This document shows, one piece after another, positions 25,743 through 38,789 of a stretch of 64,000 nucleotides of DNA. Below the pieces are notes generated by a model, which was not told where the DNA came from, did not search any database, and saw only the letters and a list, made by a program, of their open reading frames with translations. The stretch comes from Stegostoma tigrinum (taxonomy: Eukaryota), in the NCBI RefSeq assembly GCF_030684315.1, contig NC_081384.1, positions 21,056,818 to 21,120,817 on the forward strand, read 5' to 3'. Position numbers and translations under genes: made by a program. Numbering within the stretch: position 1 is the first letter of the stretch; every line of letters starts with the position of its first letter.

Positions 25743-26775
25743 AGGGCTGAATTTTCCCATTTTTTTAGCAATGTGTCTTTTCAAGTGAAATTCATTGTGG
25801 TTGGTCTGCCAAAGCATACATCGACTTGTCCCACACTGCCTTCTTCAATCATCTCATTAAGAACTCGCTCCTTAGTGCTCATCGCATTGAATCATACAGC
25901 AGGAGATGTGGAAGTGTTTGCCACTGCTGGGATGTTCATGCCCCTGGTGCCATACATCATAATTAACACTGCAAACCAGGGCATGCCTCTCACATTCTGG
26001 CGTTCTCGCATTATCTCTTAGGAAAAGGCTCATAAAGAAAAGTTAGCTCCCTGTTTTGTGTACAAGGACCTTAAGAAGCTGGGCAATGGGGTTGTGGCAA
26101 AGAGACCAGTCCTTTCTCCTGCTGTTCAACAAAGGAGGCCACACCACGAGATATAGGCAACCTGAATCATCATAGTGGAATGCATTTAATAATCTCACGC
26201 TCCACAAGGATAAGTATCACTATCTTATGTCTGCCACAAAGGCTTGCAGCAAGTAAACCAAAGAGAGTAAGCACTAAGAACACAAGGTATGAGCCTGAAG
26301 ATATATCCAGTGTTAGATGCATGAGATTTGTGTGTCCCTGCAGTTGAAGTGCCCGACAGAAACATGCAAGGCGTAAGTGACTCTAGATCTAAAGTGAAGC
26401 CCTGAAGGGCTGAAGTGGTGTATACGAGTTGGTCTGATAGTGGCCATGATGATACGGTGAGGGCAGGTGGCTTACTAAAGCTCACTTATATAGACAAAGG
26501 GTGGAGAAGGATAGTGTTCATAGAGCTTGTGGGCACAGAGTGGTGAAGACTGCATTGTCCGAAGATCCAGGGAAAGAGAAGCCAACAGGTCACCACTCTG
26601 AGTTTCATGTTAGGAACCATGTGGCTTCTCAGGGAAGGGAGAATTTGGAGCCATTTGAAATGAGACAAGGTTAACCAATAATGAGATGCAAATGCATGGA
26701 AATAAGGCAGTCACTTCTCATTAGTAAGATTGTTAAACCCTAAATGGTTTAACCATGCAGGTGAAAATCTTGCAT
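25743..26775 (+). mobile_element. Harbinger/PIF-derived non-autonomous element with Myb/SANT-like remnant
   Basis: TIR-like GGGCTGAATTTTC ... GAAAATCTTGC; KLAPCFVYKDLKKLGNGVVAKRPVLSPAVQQRRPHH remnant at ~26040-26150. Confidence 0.5.
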
Positions 26776-26984
26776 TCTTCTTTCTTGAGGTCAAGATCTG
26801 ATTTTTCCACTTTAGTCTTTTTTCCAAACCTTCCTGCTATTACCCAGAGAGGACAGCAGAAATTCTGCCTCTGTTTCTATCTTTAAAATGCTGTCATTAA
26901 TTCCAGAACTTTATCAATATCCATTCAGACTATCAAGAAATGATCAATCTGGATTTGTAGATTTTTCTGTTTATCAGCATCTTG

Positions 26985-27214
26985 TGTTTAGGCTAATGAT
27001 CTAGATGCTTGGTTTAATCATCCAAAGAAAATGAGGTCCAATTCCAAACTGTAGATTGAGAGTTTGGATTCAGCTTCCACAATCTAGGACTAAATAAAAT
27101 CAATCAAGGTTACAATGAACTTGTTGGGTCATTATTTTAAAATAACTGTTTCAATAATACCCTTTAGGGAAGGAAATCTGCTGCCCTGGTCTAACTTGGC
27201 CAATATGCGGTTAC
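26985..27214 (+). mobile_element. Decayed tRNA-SINE (family of 11033), interrupted
   Basis: GGTCCAATTCC B-box remnant, CCTTTAGGGAAGGAAATCTGCTGCCC. Confidence 0.6.
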
Positions 27215-27242
27215 TGTAAAAAAACACTCTTTTCCACTTCTT

Positions 27243-27331
27243 AGATAATAAAGTGTGGAGCTGGATGAACACAGCAGGCCAAGCAGCATCTCAGGGGCAC
27301 AAAAGCTGACGTTTCGGGCCTAGACCCTTCA
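27243..27331 (-). mobile_element. Young PLE terminal fragment
   Basis: Near-identical to the 22089-22178 arm; truncated at CCCTTCAT inside the hammerhead CUGAUGA box. Confidence 0.8.
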
Positions 27332-29558
27332 TGGCTTTTGTGCTGGTTGACAAGTCTGATGCAGTGCTGTGACTGTCACCAGGGGTAGGGAGAGAGGTAG
27401 GTCTGGCAGGAATGGGGATTTAAAACTACAGTTGGCATAAATCTGAACCATGGAAACAGACATGTGGAGACTGTTTAAGGAGCAGCTTTTGCGAATGATG
27501 TATAAATTGTTCCTCTGAGACAGGTAAGAAGGGGTAAGATTAAGGAGCCTTGGATGACGGGAACAGAGGTGCTTCTCGTCAAAAAGAAAAAGGCAGCTTA
27601 CGTAAGGTGGAGGAAGCAAGGGTCTAGCACAGCTTTAGAGGATTACAGGCTTGCTCGGAAGGAGCTCAAAAGTGGACTGAGGAGGGTCAGGAGGGGGCAC
27701 GATAAAGGCCTGGCAGGAAGGATCAGGGAGAGCCCAAAAGCATTTTACTCCTACGTGAGGTATAAGAGAATGATCAGGGAGAAGGTAGGGGCGATCAGGG
27801 ATAGCATAGCGAACTTGTGCATGGAGTCTGAGCAGATAGGGGAAGCCCTAAATGAGTTTTTTGGTTTAGTTTTCACTAAGGAAAGGGATCTTGTTGTGAA
27901 TGAGAACTTTGAGGAGCAGGAAAACAGGCTTGAACAGATCAAGATTGAGGAAGTTGATGTGCTGGAGATTTTGGCAAACATTAAGATTGATAAGTCCCCA
28001 GGGCCAGACCAGATTTATCCTAGGTTGCTCCGGGAAGCGAGAAAGGAGGTTGCTAAGCCGCTGGCAAAGATCTTTGCTTCCTCACTGTCCACAGGAGTCA
28101 TACCGGAAGATTGGAGGGAGGCAAATGTTGTTCCTCTTTTCAAGAAAGGGAATAGGGAAATCCCTGGAAATTACAGATTAGTCAGTCTTACGTCTGTGGT
28201 CAGCAAGGTTTTGGAAAGAATTCTGAGGGATAAGATTTATGGCTATTAGGAAAAGCATAGCGTGATTAAAGGGAGTCAGCATGGCTTTGTGAGGGGCAGG
28301 TCATGCCTTACAAATCTTATTGAGTTCTTTGAGGAAGTCACGAGACAGGTTGATGAGGGTCGTGCAATGGATGTGGTGTACATGGACTTCAGCAAGGCAT
28401 TTGATAAGGTTCCCCACGGCAGGCTCATTCATAAAGTCGGGAGGTATGGGATACAGGGTGACTTGGCTGTCTGGATTCAGAATTGGTTGGCTGACAGGAG
28501 GCAGAGAGTGGTTGTAGATGGTAAGTATTCTGCCTGGAGGTCAGTGCTGAGTGGTGTCCCGCAGGGCTCTATTCTTGAGCCTCTGCTCTTTGTAGTTTTT
28601 ATAAATGACTTGGATGAGGAGGTTGAGGGGTGAGTTAGTATATTTGCTGATGACACAAAGGTTGGAGGTGCCATTGATAGTATCGAGGGCTATTGCAGGC
28701 TTCAGCGAGACATTGACAGAATGCAGAGCTGGGCTGAGAAATGGCAAATGGAGTTCAACCTGAATAAATGCAAGGTGATGCATTTTGGAAGGTCGAACTT
28801 AAATGCTGAATATAGGATTAAAGGCAGGATTCTCAGCAGTGTGGAGGAACAACGGGATCTTGGTGTTCAAGTGCATATCTCCCTCAAAGTTGCCACCCAA
28901 GTGAATAAGGTTGTTAAGAAAGCATATGGTGTTTTGGCTTTCATTAACAGGGGGATCAAGTTTAAGAGCCGCGAGGTTATGCTGCAGCTCTACAAAACCC
29001 TGGTGAGACCACACTTGGAATATGGTGTTCAGTTCTGGTTGCCCTATTATAGGAAAGATGTGGAGGCTTTGGAGAGGGTGCAAAGGAGGTTTACCAGGAT
29101 GCTGCCTGGAGTGGAGGGCTTGTCTTACGAGGAGAGGTTGACTGAGCTCGGACTTTTCTCTCTGGAGAGAAGGAGGAAGAGAGGTGACCTGATCAAGATG
29201 TACAAGGTAATGAGAGGCATGGATAGAGTCGATAGCCAGAGACTTTTCCCCAGGGCAGGATTGACTGCCATGAGGGGTCATAGTTTTAAGGTGTTAGGAG
29301 GAAGGTATAGAGGAGGCATCAGAGGGAGGTTCTTCACCCAGACAGTTGTGAGCGCATGGAATACTTTGCAAGTGGTAGTCATGGAAGCAGAGTCATTAGT
29401 GACATTTAAGCGACTGCTGGGCATGCACATGGACAGCAGTGAATTGAGGGGAGTGTAGGTTAGGTTATTTTATTTTTGGATTAGGATTATTCCACAGCAC
29501 AACATCGTGGGCCGAAGGGCCTGTACTGTGCTGTACTTTCCTATGTTCTATGTTCTAT
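27332..29558 (+). mobile_element. CR1-clade LINE (HER1-like), 5'-truncated, young; RT pseudogene
   Basis: ORFs 27554-28249, 28262-28633 and 28721-29458 share one frame broken by TAG and TGA; motifs [38 protein letters not shown]; 3'UTR GGGCCGAAGGGCCTGT and (CTATGTT)n tail. Confidence 0.95.
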
Positions 29559-30129
29559 CCAGACAACTGAGCTCAGATTGTTTCTTTCCCCCATGCACTT
29601 TATTATCCAGACCAATGAATATTAATGGTTAGGGCTCCAGTTTTCTTTCCGTCACGTGACTGGCCAGAAATCATCCCATCCTTAACATCAGCATTTGTCG
29701 GAATGATGCTGATGGTCAGTTGTCAATCTGTTTGGCCAGATTATGTGGACCCATTCATTGACCATCGAGTCCTGGAGTGAGAATTGAACACAACTTTCCA
29801 GCATAGAGACAGTCTTGCTACTGTTGAGCCAAAAGACCTCCATTGGGAAAGGCTGCAAGCAGATTTAATAGGCATTTTAAAATTAGGAGGTATTTTCAAG
29901 AACAAGTGGGAAAAGGATGCCATTCTGAGTGGGGAGTCAAACTACAGAAGCAATCAAACACCAATATAGTTGACTGTCCACTTCCCTCCAAAGCCTTTCA
30001 GCAATAAATTCCAACATCATCCTGTGAAATAAATTTGAAAATCAATAAGTATATACTTCCTTTCATAATCTCAAGTAAATCCTATACTGGATTCAAGAAA
30101 GTCTACATAGAAAGTCAAAACCTTGCAGC

Positions 30130-30526
30130 TTGTGTAAAGGGAATTTAACAGAATGGGAGCAGGGATGAGAGACTTCAGTTCCATACGTGGACTAAAGAAG
30201 CTGGGATTTCTTTCTTTAGAGTGGAGAGTTTTCAAATGTTCAAGACTAAAAGAGATTTTATATAATAAATACAGATGTATTGTGGGTGAGAAGGAAAAAA
30301 ATTTATGCAATGAGTTTTAATCTGGATTCATTGCCTGAAACGATTGTCAAAGTCGCTTCAATAGAAACTACTGAAACTGTTAAGAAAATATTGAATATGC
30401 TCGAAAAGAGAAAACTGTCAGGCATCTGGAGGGAAAGTTAAGGGAGTGGGACTAACTGGATTGGCCATAAAAGACATGGTACAGATCAGATGGGCAGAAT
30501 GTCCTTTTGTGTTCTATGATTCTATA
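30130..30526 (+). mobile_element. CR1 LINE 3' fragment (decayed)
   Basis: GGGATGAGAGACTTCAGTT...; tail GTGTTCTATGATTCTATA. Confidence 0.65.
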
Positions 30527-31597
30527 ACCCTATCCCAAAATCAGGAGGCCTGATGAACTGTCGCATGTCAAATGATGTTTTCACTTATGTTTCTTTCAAA
30601 GTTCGAACTAAGAGTTCATCAAAGGTTTTCAGTTGCACAGACAAATTGTGTGAGCTTTCCCTATCTGTTAATGTTCAAACGCTTCAGTAAAGTGTCTTTC
30701 ATCATTGAATAAACATGTCAACTTTAAAGAAGTGCTTCCTGAGGCCACAAATCAATTTTCACATAGTTTTAATTGTTTTACCTTAATTTGATTGTTGTAA
30801 GCCTTTGTGTTGTAGCTCACTTTGCAATGAAAATGTCATCACATTATAGGTAGGCTTTGCTTCCTTGTACACCTCCTGCACAATGGCCATTTCTTGATGA
30901 TGCCTGTATATTCCAGCTGGATTGACTTCGATTGTGTTGCACAGATTCATGAATAAATATACATTTATGGTTGAAATTGAGTTTATCTCCTTATCTGTCA
31001 CAATACCAAAGATATATTTCTGCTAGTCTTGCTGGGCTTTCCCAGCAGCATTCAAGCTTTTTTTAAAAATTAAATACCATTATTAAAATCAAAACGTTCT
31101 CCCCTGGTTATTTTATTCATGAAGTGATACATCTAAAGGATAATATCAATTAATACTCAAATATTTTCTATTCCTTTCTTTTTATATGTGAATAGATAAA
31201 TAATCTACATTGCTTCATTATATATAAAAATAACAATTTCCTGGTTCCAAATTTGAAATGAGGAACTTCATGAAAAAGTTTTCCCATTCTTTCCAGAGGA
31301 AAACCCAAGATTAGGCAATTGTTCCTTGACTATCTTTAGTAAGTAGTCTCAAAACCATCCTCTCAGGTAAGTCCACTCTTCTTCTCTGAGATCAAAAATG
31401 AATGCAATGCCCAGATGTGAGGTTCGATCCCTTCTTGCCATCACCTCATTCATGCCCCATTTAAGCTTTGAGCTACATTGTCATTGCAAAACTCCTTTAT
31501 TTGTTTGAATTCCGTCTGTCATAGCATGGCCATTAACACACAGTTTACCCACATTCTATTGGATTATCACTTGTTGGTGATATCAATCGCATTTCAA

Positions 31598-31899
31598 AAT
31601 AATAGAACCCCCTACAGCGTAGAAACAGGCCTTTCAGCCCTAACAAGTCCACATCAACCCTCGGAGCTTCCTGCCCCAACACATTCGCCTAGTCTACAAC
31701 CAGCTAAACACTACGGGCAATTTAGCATGACTAATCCACCTACTGCACATCTTTGGACGTTGGGAGGAAACCAGAGCACCCAGAGGAAACCCACATAGAC
31801 ACGGGGAGAATATGCAAACTCCACACAGACCCGAGGGTGGAATTGAATCCAGGTCCTTGGTGCTGTGAGGTAGTACTGCGAACCACTGTGCGACTGTGT
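31598..31899 (-). mobile_element. HE1-like V-SINE
   Basis: GGGAGGAAACCAGAGCACCCAGAGGAAACCCAC..GGGAGAAT.TGCAAACTCCACACAGAC; tRNA head at right end. Confidence 0.88.
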
Positions 31900-33074
31900 T
31901 CTCTCATGAGAGTTATGCTCTTGCTCATTAAGGGAAGTTCAATGTTTAGATCTTTCATATGATCCATCATCAAAGTTTTCAACTATCTCCTAACGATCGA
32001 GGTAAGACTCAGAGAACATAACTTTGAAGAATCACATCATGGCCCTTTTTTAAAAAAAATGGGCTCGCATTTGCTACCTTCCAATTCATTGAGCTTTTGC
32101 TATAAGTCCACTAAAATTGGGGGTACACTGGTAATGGAATTAGTAACATTTTCCAATCACTTGATGGGAGGAAATCATCATTGACTGTTCAGCTTCTCAT
32201 CCATTTCTCCAATGCCCAGGATTATAGCACAAGAATTCCAGCCTGCTCATTCTTTGGGATTCTTCTCTGAACTCAGACTCCCATCCCCAGTTCACAGAGT
32301 CACAGCATAATGATTTAGTAACTCTTCTACTTTTTCATCCTTATGAAAGTGACTCCTGTTTCTCTTCACCTTGCTTTTATTCCTGATAAGGAATTGTTTT
32401 AATTAATATTGTTTTCCTGCCTTTTCCTACTTCTTCCAAGTTCCTTGCTGTTTCGTTTAGCGGTTGCTTTGTCTTCATTTTTTTAAAAAAATTGCAGGGA
32501 ATGTGGGCTTAGCTGTTTAAGCCATTTTGTTTTGCTAATCCCTAATTATGTTTAAGGTGGTGACAGTGAGTTGCATGATATTCCTTCCTTTCCCTTTCTC
32601 TTCTCCTTTGTACCAGAATTTTCAATACCCTTTGTCCAGGATAGGGTTGTGAATAAAAATGTATTCTTGAAACATTTCATTCCATGACATGGCTCCATGT
32701 TCCAGCCTTGTCATAATGTCTTCTGGTGGCATTTGAAAAGCTAAAAGACTGATTACTCAATTGGATAATACTTTGCTGCCAGCAAAAAATCACATTTCCC
32801 CCTAATTTTAATATTTTAAGATCTGGTAAAGGAAATGTTCAAAGGAAAATAGTGAAGAAAATGTATATTTTTTAACATCCATAATATTTTTCGCTAGAGT
32901 GTAACACATGAGGATCCTGAAGATTATTATTCAATTCTTGAAGGGGCCAATGCCTTCCAGTTTGGCACCTAGAAATAATTATTTGGGATAGAATTAATAG
33001 TCACTTGAAAAACTTGTGATTTAATTCAGAAGAATTAGCATAGATTTGTTAAGTGGAATTTAAGTCTAACTAAT

Positions 33075-34225
33075 TGGATTATCTTGAAATGCAATGGAGA
33101 GGGTTGATGAGGGCAGTGCTGTTGATGTGACATGGACAACTAAAGGTTTGATACAGTGCTACACAACAGCCTTGTAAGAAAAGATAGGTTATGGAATAGA
33201 AGAGATTGTATGACTGATAGAAAATAGGGGCTAATGAATAATGATAAATTTTCAGGCTGCAAGAAGGTTTCGTATTGGAACCTTTGTTTTCCTTTCTACA
33301 TGTAAACAATCTAGATATTGATGTGTAGGGGACAATGTCAAAGTAAGTTGACACACTAAATTTTGGGAGAAATGTAAACTATGGAGGACAATGTAAAATA
33401 TCAACAGGATATTCATAAGTTTGTGGAGTGGGTGGATTGTGCTGGTGATGCTCAATACTGAGCAATATTGAAATGATGTGCTTTGGTTCAAAGAAAACAG
33501 ACAGGCAGTATAACTTAAAGATGAGCAGGAGTATAAAACTTAGGTGCAGGTACACAAGTTATTAAAGGTAAATGGACAGGTAGAGAGAGAATTTTAAAAA
33601 AAACAGGTAGTATCCTAGGCTTCATTATTAGTGGCGTAGAGTGCAAAAACTGGAAGCTGATGTTGAATCTGTGTAGGACACTATTTAGACTTCAGCTTGA
33701 GTATCGTGTCCAGTTTAGTGGACCATACTTTAGGAAGGTGTGAATACATTTGAAAGCGAGTGGAAGAGGTTTATAAGAATGGTTCCAGGGCTAGACAACT
33801 CAGTTATGCGGATAGATCGAAGAAGTTGGACTGTTTTGCTTGGAGAAGCCAAGGCCAAAGAGTGATTTGATAGAAGTTTTCAAGATCATGATGTGGCTGG
33901 GAACAGGGAGAACTGTTCCTTCATACACATGGATTGAGAACCAGAGGCCGCATTTTTTTAATGTTTTGCAAATAAAGCAAATACAAAGTCAGAAGAAAAT
34001 CTTTTTCTCACAGCAAGTGGTCTAGTTTTGAAATGCACTACCTGAAAACATGGTGGAGGCAGGTTCAATTGAGATATTCAAAAGGCCATAGGATGATTAT
34101 TTCAATAGATACGGAATACAGGAGAAAAGACATAGGTTTGACACAAAATCAAAATACTCAGAGAGCTAGTAATGACATGATGGGCCAAATGGCTCCTTCT
34201 CTGTCTTTACAGTTCTGTGATTTTA
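33075..34225 (+). mobile_element. CR1 LINE 3' fragment (decayed)
   Basis: VDEGSAVDV.WT..KVFD, LEYRVQF, DLIEVFKIM remnants; tail TTCTGTGATT. Confidence 0.75.
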
Positions 34226-35630
34226 GTCCAGTAGGCTTTCCATTATCTCTCTATTTAACCAAACTTCTTTTACACTCTGTTGCCTGCCACTAACGTATTT
34301 CTGGAATAATCTGCTTCTGTGGTACATTAATTAATAATACTTTTTAAAGAATTATTATTTTCCCACTTATAATAATATAGTCCTTCTTATTTATTCCTTA
34401 GTAAGTTTATTGCAGGATACCAGTAGGTCTCCTTTAATGTCCTTTGCACATTTTTACTGGTTTGTTAGCGGCTCTGTTTTTCTTTCAATCTAAACATTAA
34501 CAAATTTAACCCTAAGGGCATACTTTTTGCCAAATGCTTTAGACAGTGAAGAGCTCTCGAAAAACTCTCAGCACTAGGAACAGAAATGAATACTGTCATT
34601 CATACCCTTAAATGAACAGTAATTGAACCTTTCCACCTGGTTCCTGAAGTTCGCTTTATAGGATTTCCTTTCTACATTGAGCTGTGTTGCCATTTTCCCA
34701 CATCAATTAAAATATAATATTCTCAATCATGCTTAAAAATGATTCCATCAATCTCTTTAACCATGGACTTTTTTTGCATTTACAGTGTTATGCTTAAGCT
34801 TTCTGTTCCATATCCGCCTTGAGAAATTGTTTGACACCCTGTACAAGTAGTTTGCTCAGAGTTAACATTCTCTATAGATTTGATCTTTGTTTGTTTCCTT
34901 CAAACAACTTCGCTCTGTATGCGGTGGAGGTCAAGGTGGTGACAAAATAAGAAGGGTCAAAGAAGTGGAGACTTTAATGCAAGACTTCACTGAATAAATT
35001 ATTGGAGAATTTGGTCTGACATTCAGCCAGCTTGATTGCCTGGGCAGTTGGCAGGAATTGGAATCTAGTAGCAGGAAGACGCAGTAGGAGGTATGAAGGT
35101 ACTGAACCGTGGGATCATGCTGGAGTGGCGTCTGCTGGCAATAGGGAGAGTCTACAATTGTGAGTAGGGAGGCGCTGTCCTCAATCTGAGGAAGACTCTG
35201 GCTGCAACTGGCAATTGTATCTGGCCTCGATTGGGAAGGGATGACTCAGAGGCTATTATTGTGAGGGGGTGTTCTGGGGAAGGAGGGGCAGAAGGTACCT
35301 TTAGCACCCTGCCTTCCTTTCCCACAAAGAAATTTTAACTCTTCAGGCCCGCAATCTGATCATTAACCAGTTTACCTGCTAGGAAAGCCAACTCTGCTTC
35401 CCAACAATGCCTTCAGTAAAAATTACAGATTGTTCCCTTGGATCAATCTGCACAGAAAAAAGTAAGAGCCTATTTGCTTCCTATGAGTGTCATGCTCATT
35501 TGTTCAGATTCAGAAGATGTGGCAGAAAAGTAGCAGGGTCAAAACAGAAAATGAAAGCCTTTATTTTAATATATCTACTCCATCCAAATTCTGCTAGGCT
35601 AGGGCAGTTAAAATGAGGACCATTACTTTG

Positions 35631-35925
35631 GAATCACAGAATCCCTACGGTGTGAAAGCAGGTCGTTTGACCCACCCAATCCATGCATTTCCCATGGCTA
35701 CACCACCTAACTTGCACATCCCAAGACACTATGGGCAACTTAACATGGCCAATCCACCTAATCTACACACTTTCGGGCTGTGGGAGGAAACCAGAGCAGC
35801 CAGCAGAATCCCATGCAGACAGGAGGAGAATGTGCAAATTCCACATGGACAATTATATGTGTTAGGAATTAAATGCCCTGGCACTCCGAGACAGCAGGGC
35901 TAACCACTGAGCCACTGTACCACCA
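35631..35925 (-). mobile_element. HE1-like V-SINE
   Basis: GGCCAATCCACCTAA..CTGTGGGAGGAAACCAGAGCA..TGTGCAAATTCCAC; head CTAACCACTGAGCCAC. Confidence 0.85.
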
Positions 35926-38789
35926 CTTGGCTTGGGGGCTTAAATGATGGTGGAGGGTGAAGCATCCTCACATTGCTCCTGCTGTGAGCCTCCAACAGGG
36001 TTTTTACCTGATGTAGTACTACTTATCTTGTCCCTGAAATAAAAGAGAATGGCTGTGGGTAACTTGGTAATGAAGAATTCAACAAACATTTATTGCAAAT
36101 AGCACTTTTGTAAAAACATTACAATACTCAGGTATGATGCATAGATTTCATGCTGTGGAGCATGCTTCCAGTAGAATGATCCAAGGTAAGAGAGAGTATG
36201 AATCTTCATTTGCTGAGGTGACATGCCATGACATAATGATGATATTCTTGGCATAGCTCTTAAAGTTATACTGGGACATATTGACCATCAAATATAACAC
36301 AGAGCTGTCCTTCTTGATTTGCTGAATAAATTACAGGCATATACTGATTTAAAGAAACACCATATATACAGTTTATTGCAATAGGGTAAATTCTTACACA
36401 AAAATTTCTCCTGAAGCCTGCATTCAAAGATCACTTTGTCAGTTTGACAAAAAGCCTGCTTTATACACTTTATACAGCCACTATTAATAATGATCGTACA
36501 GGCTCATTTAAAGATACTGAGATAACTAAATTAATGTTCCTGTGGAAGTGGCATTGGGTGGTTTTGACCCTGTAAGTGAGAAAGACAAGTGCTGATGGTG
36601 GGATGTAACCAGAATCTAAACCAGCGGAATTAAAAATGAAGATTGAAGCGCGGGTCAATTAATAGAGTTCATTGGCTACTTTTAAACATTTATAATCAAC
36701 AAATTGTTGAGCTCTACAAATGTTCTCCATGCAAAAGTAGAAGGAAGAAAAAGTATAAGAATCTCTTCATGAAACATAATAATGCTTTTGTTAACTCCCT
36801 GCTGCAGATCTTGTGAATGCACTCTTCATCATGCATTGTCATTAGTTAGTCATGTTCTATTATTTGATTTCATTGGTGTATGTTCTTTAACATGTTAATT
36901 GAAACTCTATTTTAAATGGAAATACTTACTGCTGAATGCACAAATGGATTAAAACAGCCAATCCAAGAATACATGGGGTCTGTGATTGAATACACTATGT
37001 CATCTAACAAAGCTCTCATATATTCTGAATGAGTTATTACCACTCGAGAAACCAAAAATGTGTGGAGTTGGAAAGGCTCAGTTAGCAACTTATACATTTC
37101 CCATTAGCAAATATATTTTCACCAGTAAGATTTCCTATTGATATGTAGATGTGTTATGTAAAATATTAATTTTTAATATAATTGGATATAAATATGTATT
37201 CACTTTTTGTGAAGACTACTTTGCAATGTGGTTGAATTTATAATGGACAAGGTGCTTGGATGTAGACATCATTTGTCTTTTCTAACTTTCTCTGAGAACT
37301 TTTCCAGCAAAGATTGTGTGTACAACACTCAATGGAAGGCTTCATCACTGTAAGTGGAAAATTCTTAAAGGAGAGTTTTGAATCTACACCACAGACTCCA
37401 GAAAAATAGAATTCAGCCAGCTACTACTGATCCAGGAAGAGACCACAGCTTGTGTAGAAAGCCACATCAGTCTAAAACAGGCATTTAGGATAATCAGCGA
37501 ATAAGTCTGTTACCCTAAATTTAACTGTTACTTGGCCAAATCTTACTTAATATAACACTCCACAGAGTTGTACATTTTTCCCCAGCTCAGAAGTAATTAA
37601 GTGTGTATGCATGTTTTTTGTGTATGTCTTTGTTCAAGGGGGGATAGTTGGACATATCTGCATATTAAAACTTGTTGCTAATAATCTTCGCTTGAGTACA
37701 TGTTTGCAACAAAATAGTGTTATGGACCAAACCACACACCTTCAAAATATTAAGAAGATAGCCCATACCCTCATTTTTTCTTGTTTTAAAGGTAATGTAA
37801 GGCATTGTGTTTCAGATGCAATTCAATTGAACAAACTACTCGACGTTAAGCAAAATACACTTTATTTTTACACTACAGTTAAAACACAGACAAAATAAAA
37901 ATAAAATAAAAGAATTAGCTTACCTGTAACTTTAGTGACACATGTAATAAAATAATATATGTTAGCTACTACTAATTAACTGTTCTAATATAGTAATATC
38001 TCATAAACACATCCTTAGCAAAGGCAAATTCAGTAAAATAGGTGGTGTTACATGCAATTCTAGTAAGTGGAAGAGAGCCGCAGCTTTCAGCTGGAACAGA
38101 GGGAGGAATAAGAACTTTCATATCCATCTTCAAACCCCAGCAACTTTTAAATGCTAAAACTAAAAATCATTGTTTTATGCGAACTTGACCCCACCTATTC
38201 AGGTTGCTTCTATTGTTCCAACTTTAAAAAAAGCCCAAGGCCTCACAAGCTGTTTACTTCACTGGTCTTTATCAGATCACTCTGTAGCTCTGTCTCAACC
38301 CGTCTTCATTAAAAAAAAGGGCAAAATACACTTTTTAAAGCCATAGTATCATCATAATAATTGTTTGCTTGTTAACTAAAGGAAAATGGCTGATTTTTAA
38401 ATTTACAATCTATTATACAATTGGAATATCACTTCCAATTTAAATTCAAACTCCGTGGAAAAGTGAGACAGGGAAAAGAAAAAAAACAACAGAATATGCA
38501 GGAAAGTTCACCCCACTAACAGAGTATTGCACCACACAGTACACTGCAGAAAGTATGATGATAAATTTGAAAGTTAATTAAAGTGACACAATTAATTAGT
38601 AGACATTCCTGATGTGGATCAGGGAAAATACCTTATGTTGTGTTTGTTACAAAACAAGACACAAGCCTTCTACAAATTTAGCTCACAGAAATTTCCCTTC
38701 TTATCTCAAATATAAAGCATTTCAGGGTGGTCACATCACAATACTTAAAATGGTAAACGAATTCAATTGAATAGTGGCATAGAATCTAT

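Noticed and set aside
28799-29281. 160-aa minus-strand ORF and other ORFs within 27.3-29.5 kb
   Set aside because: Antisense or alternative-frame shadows of the CR1 RT sequence
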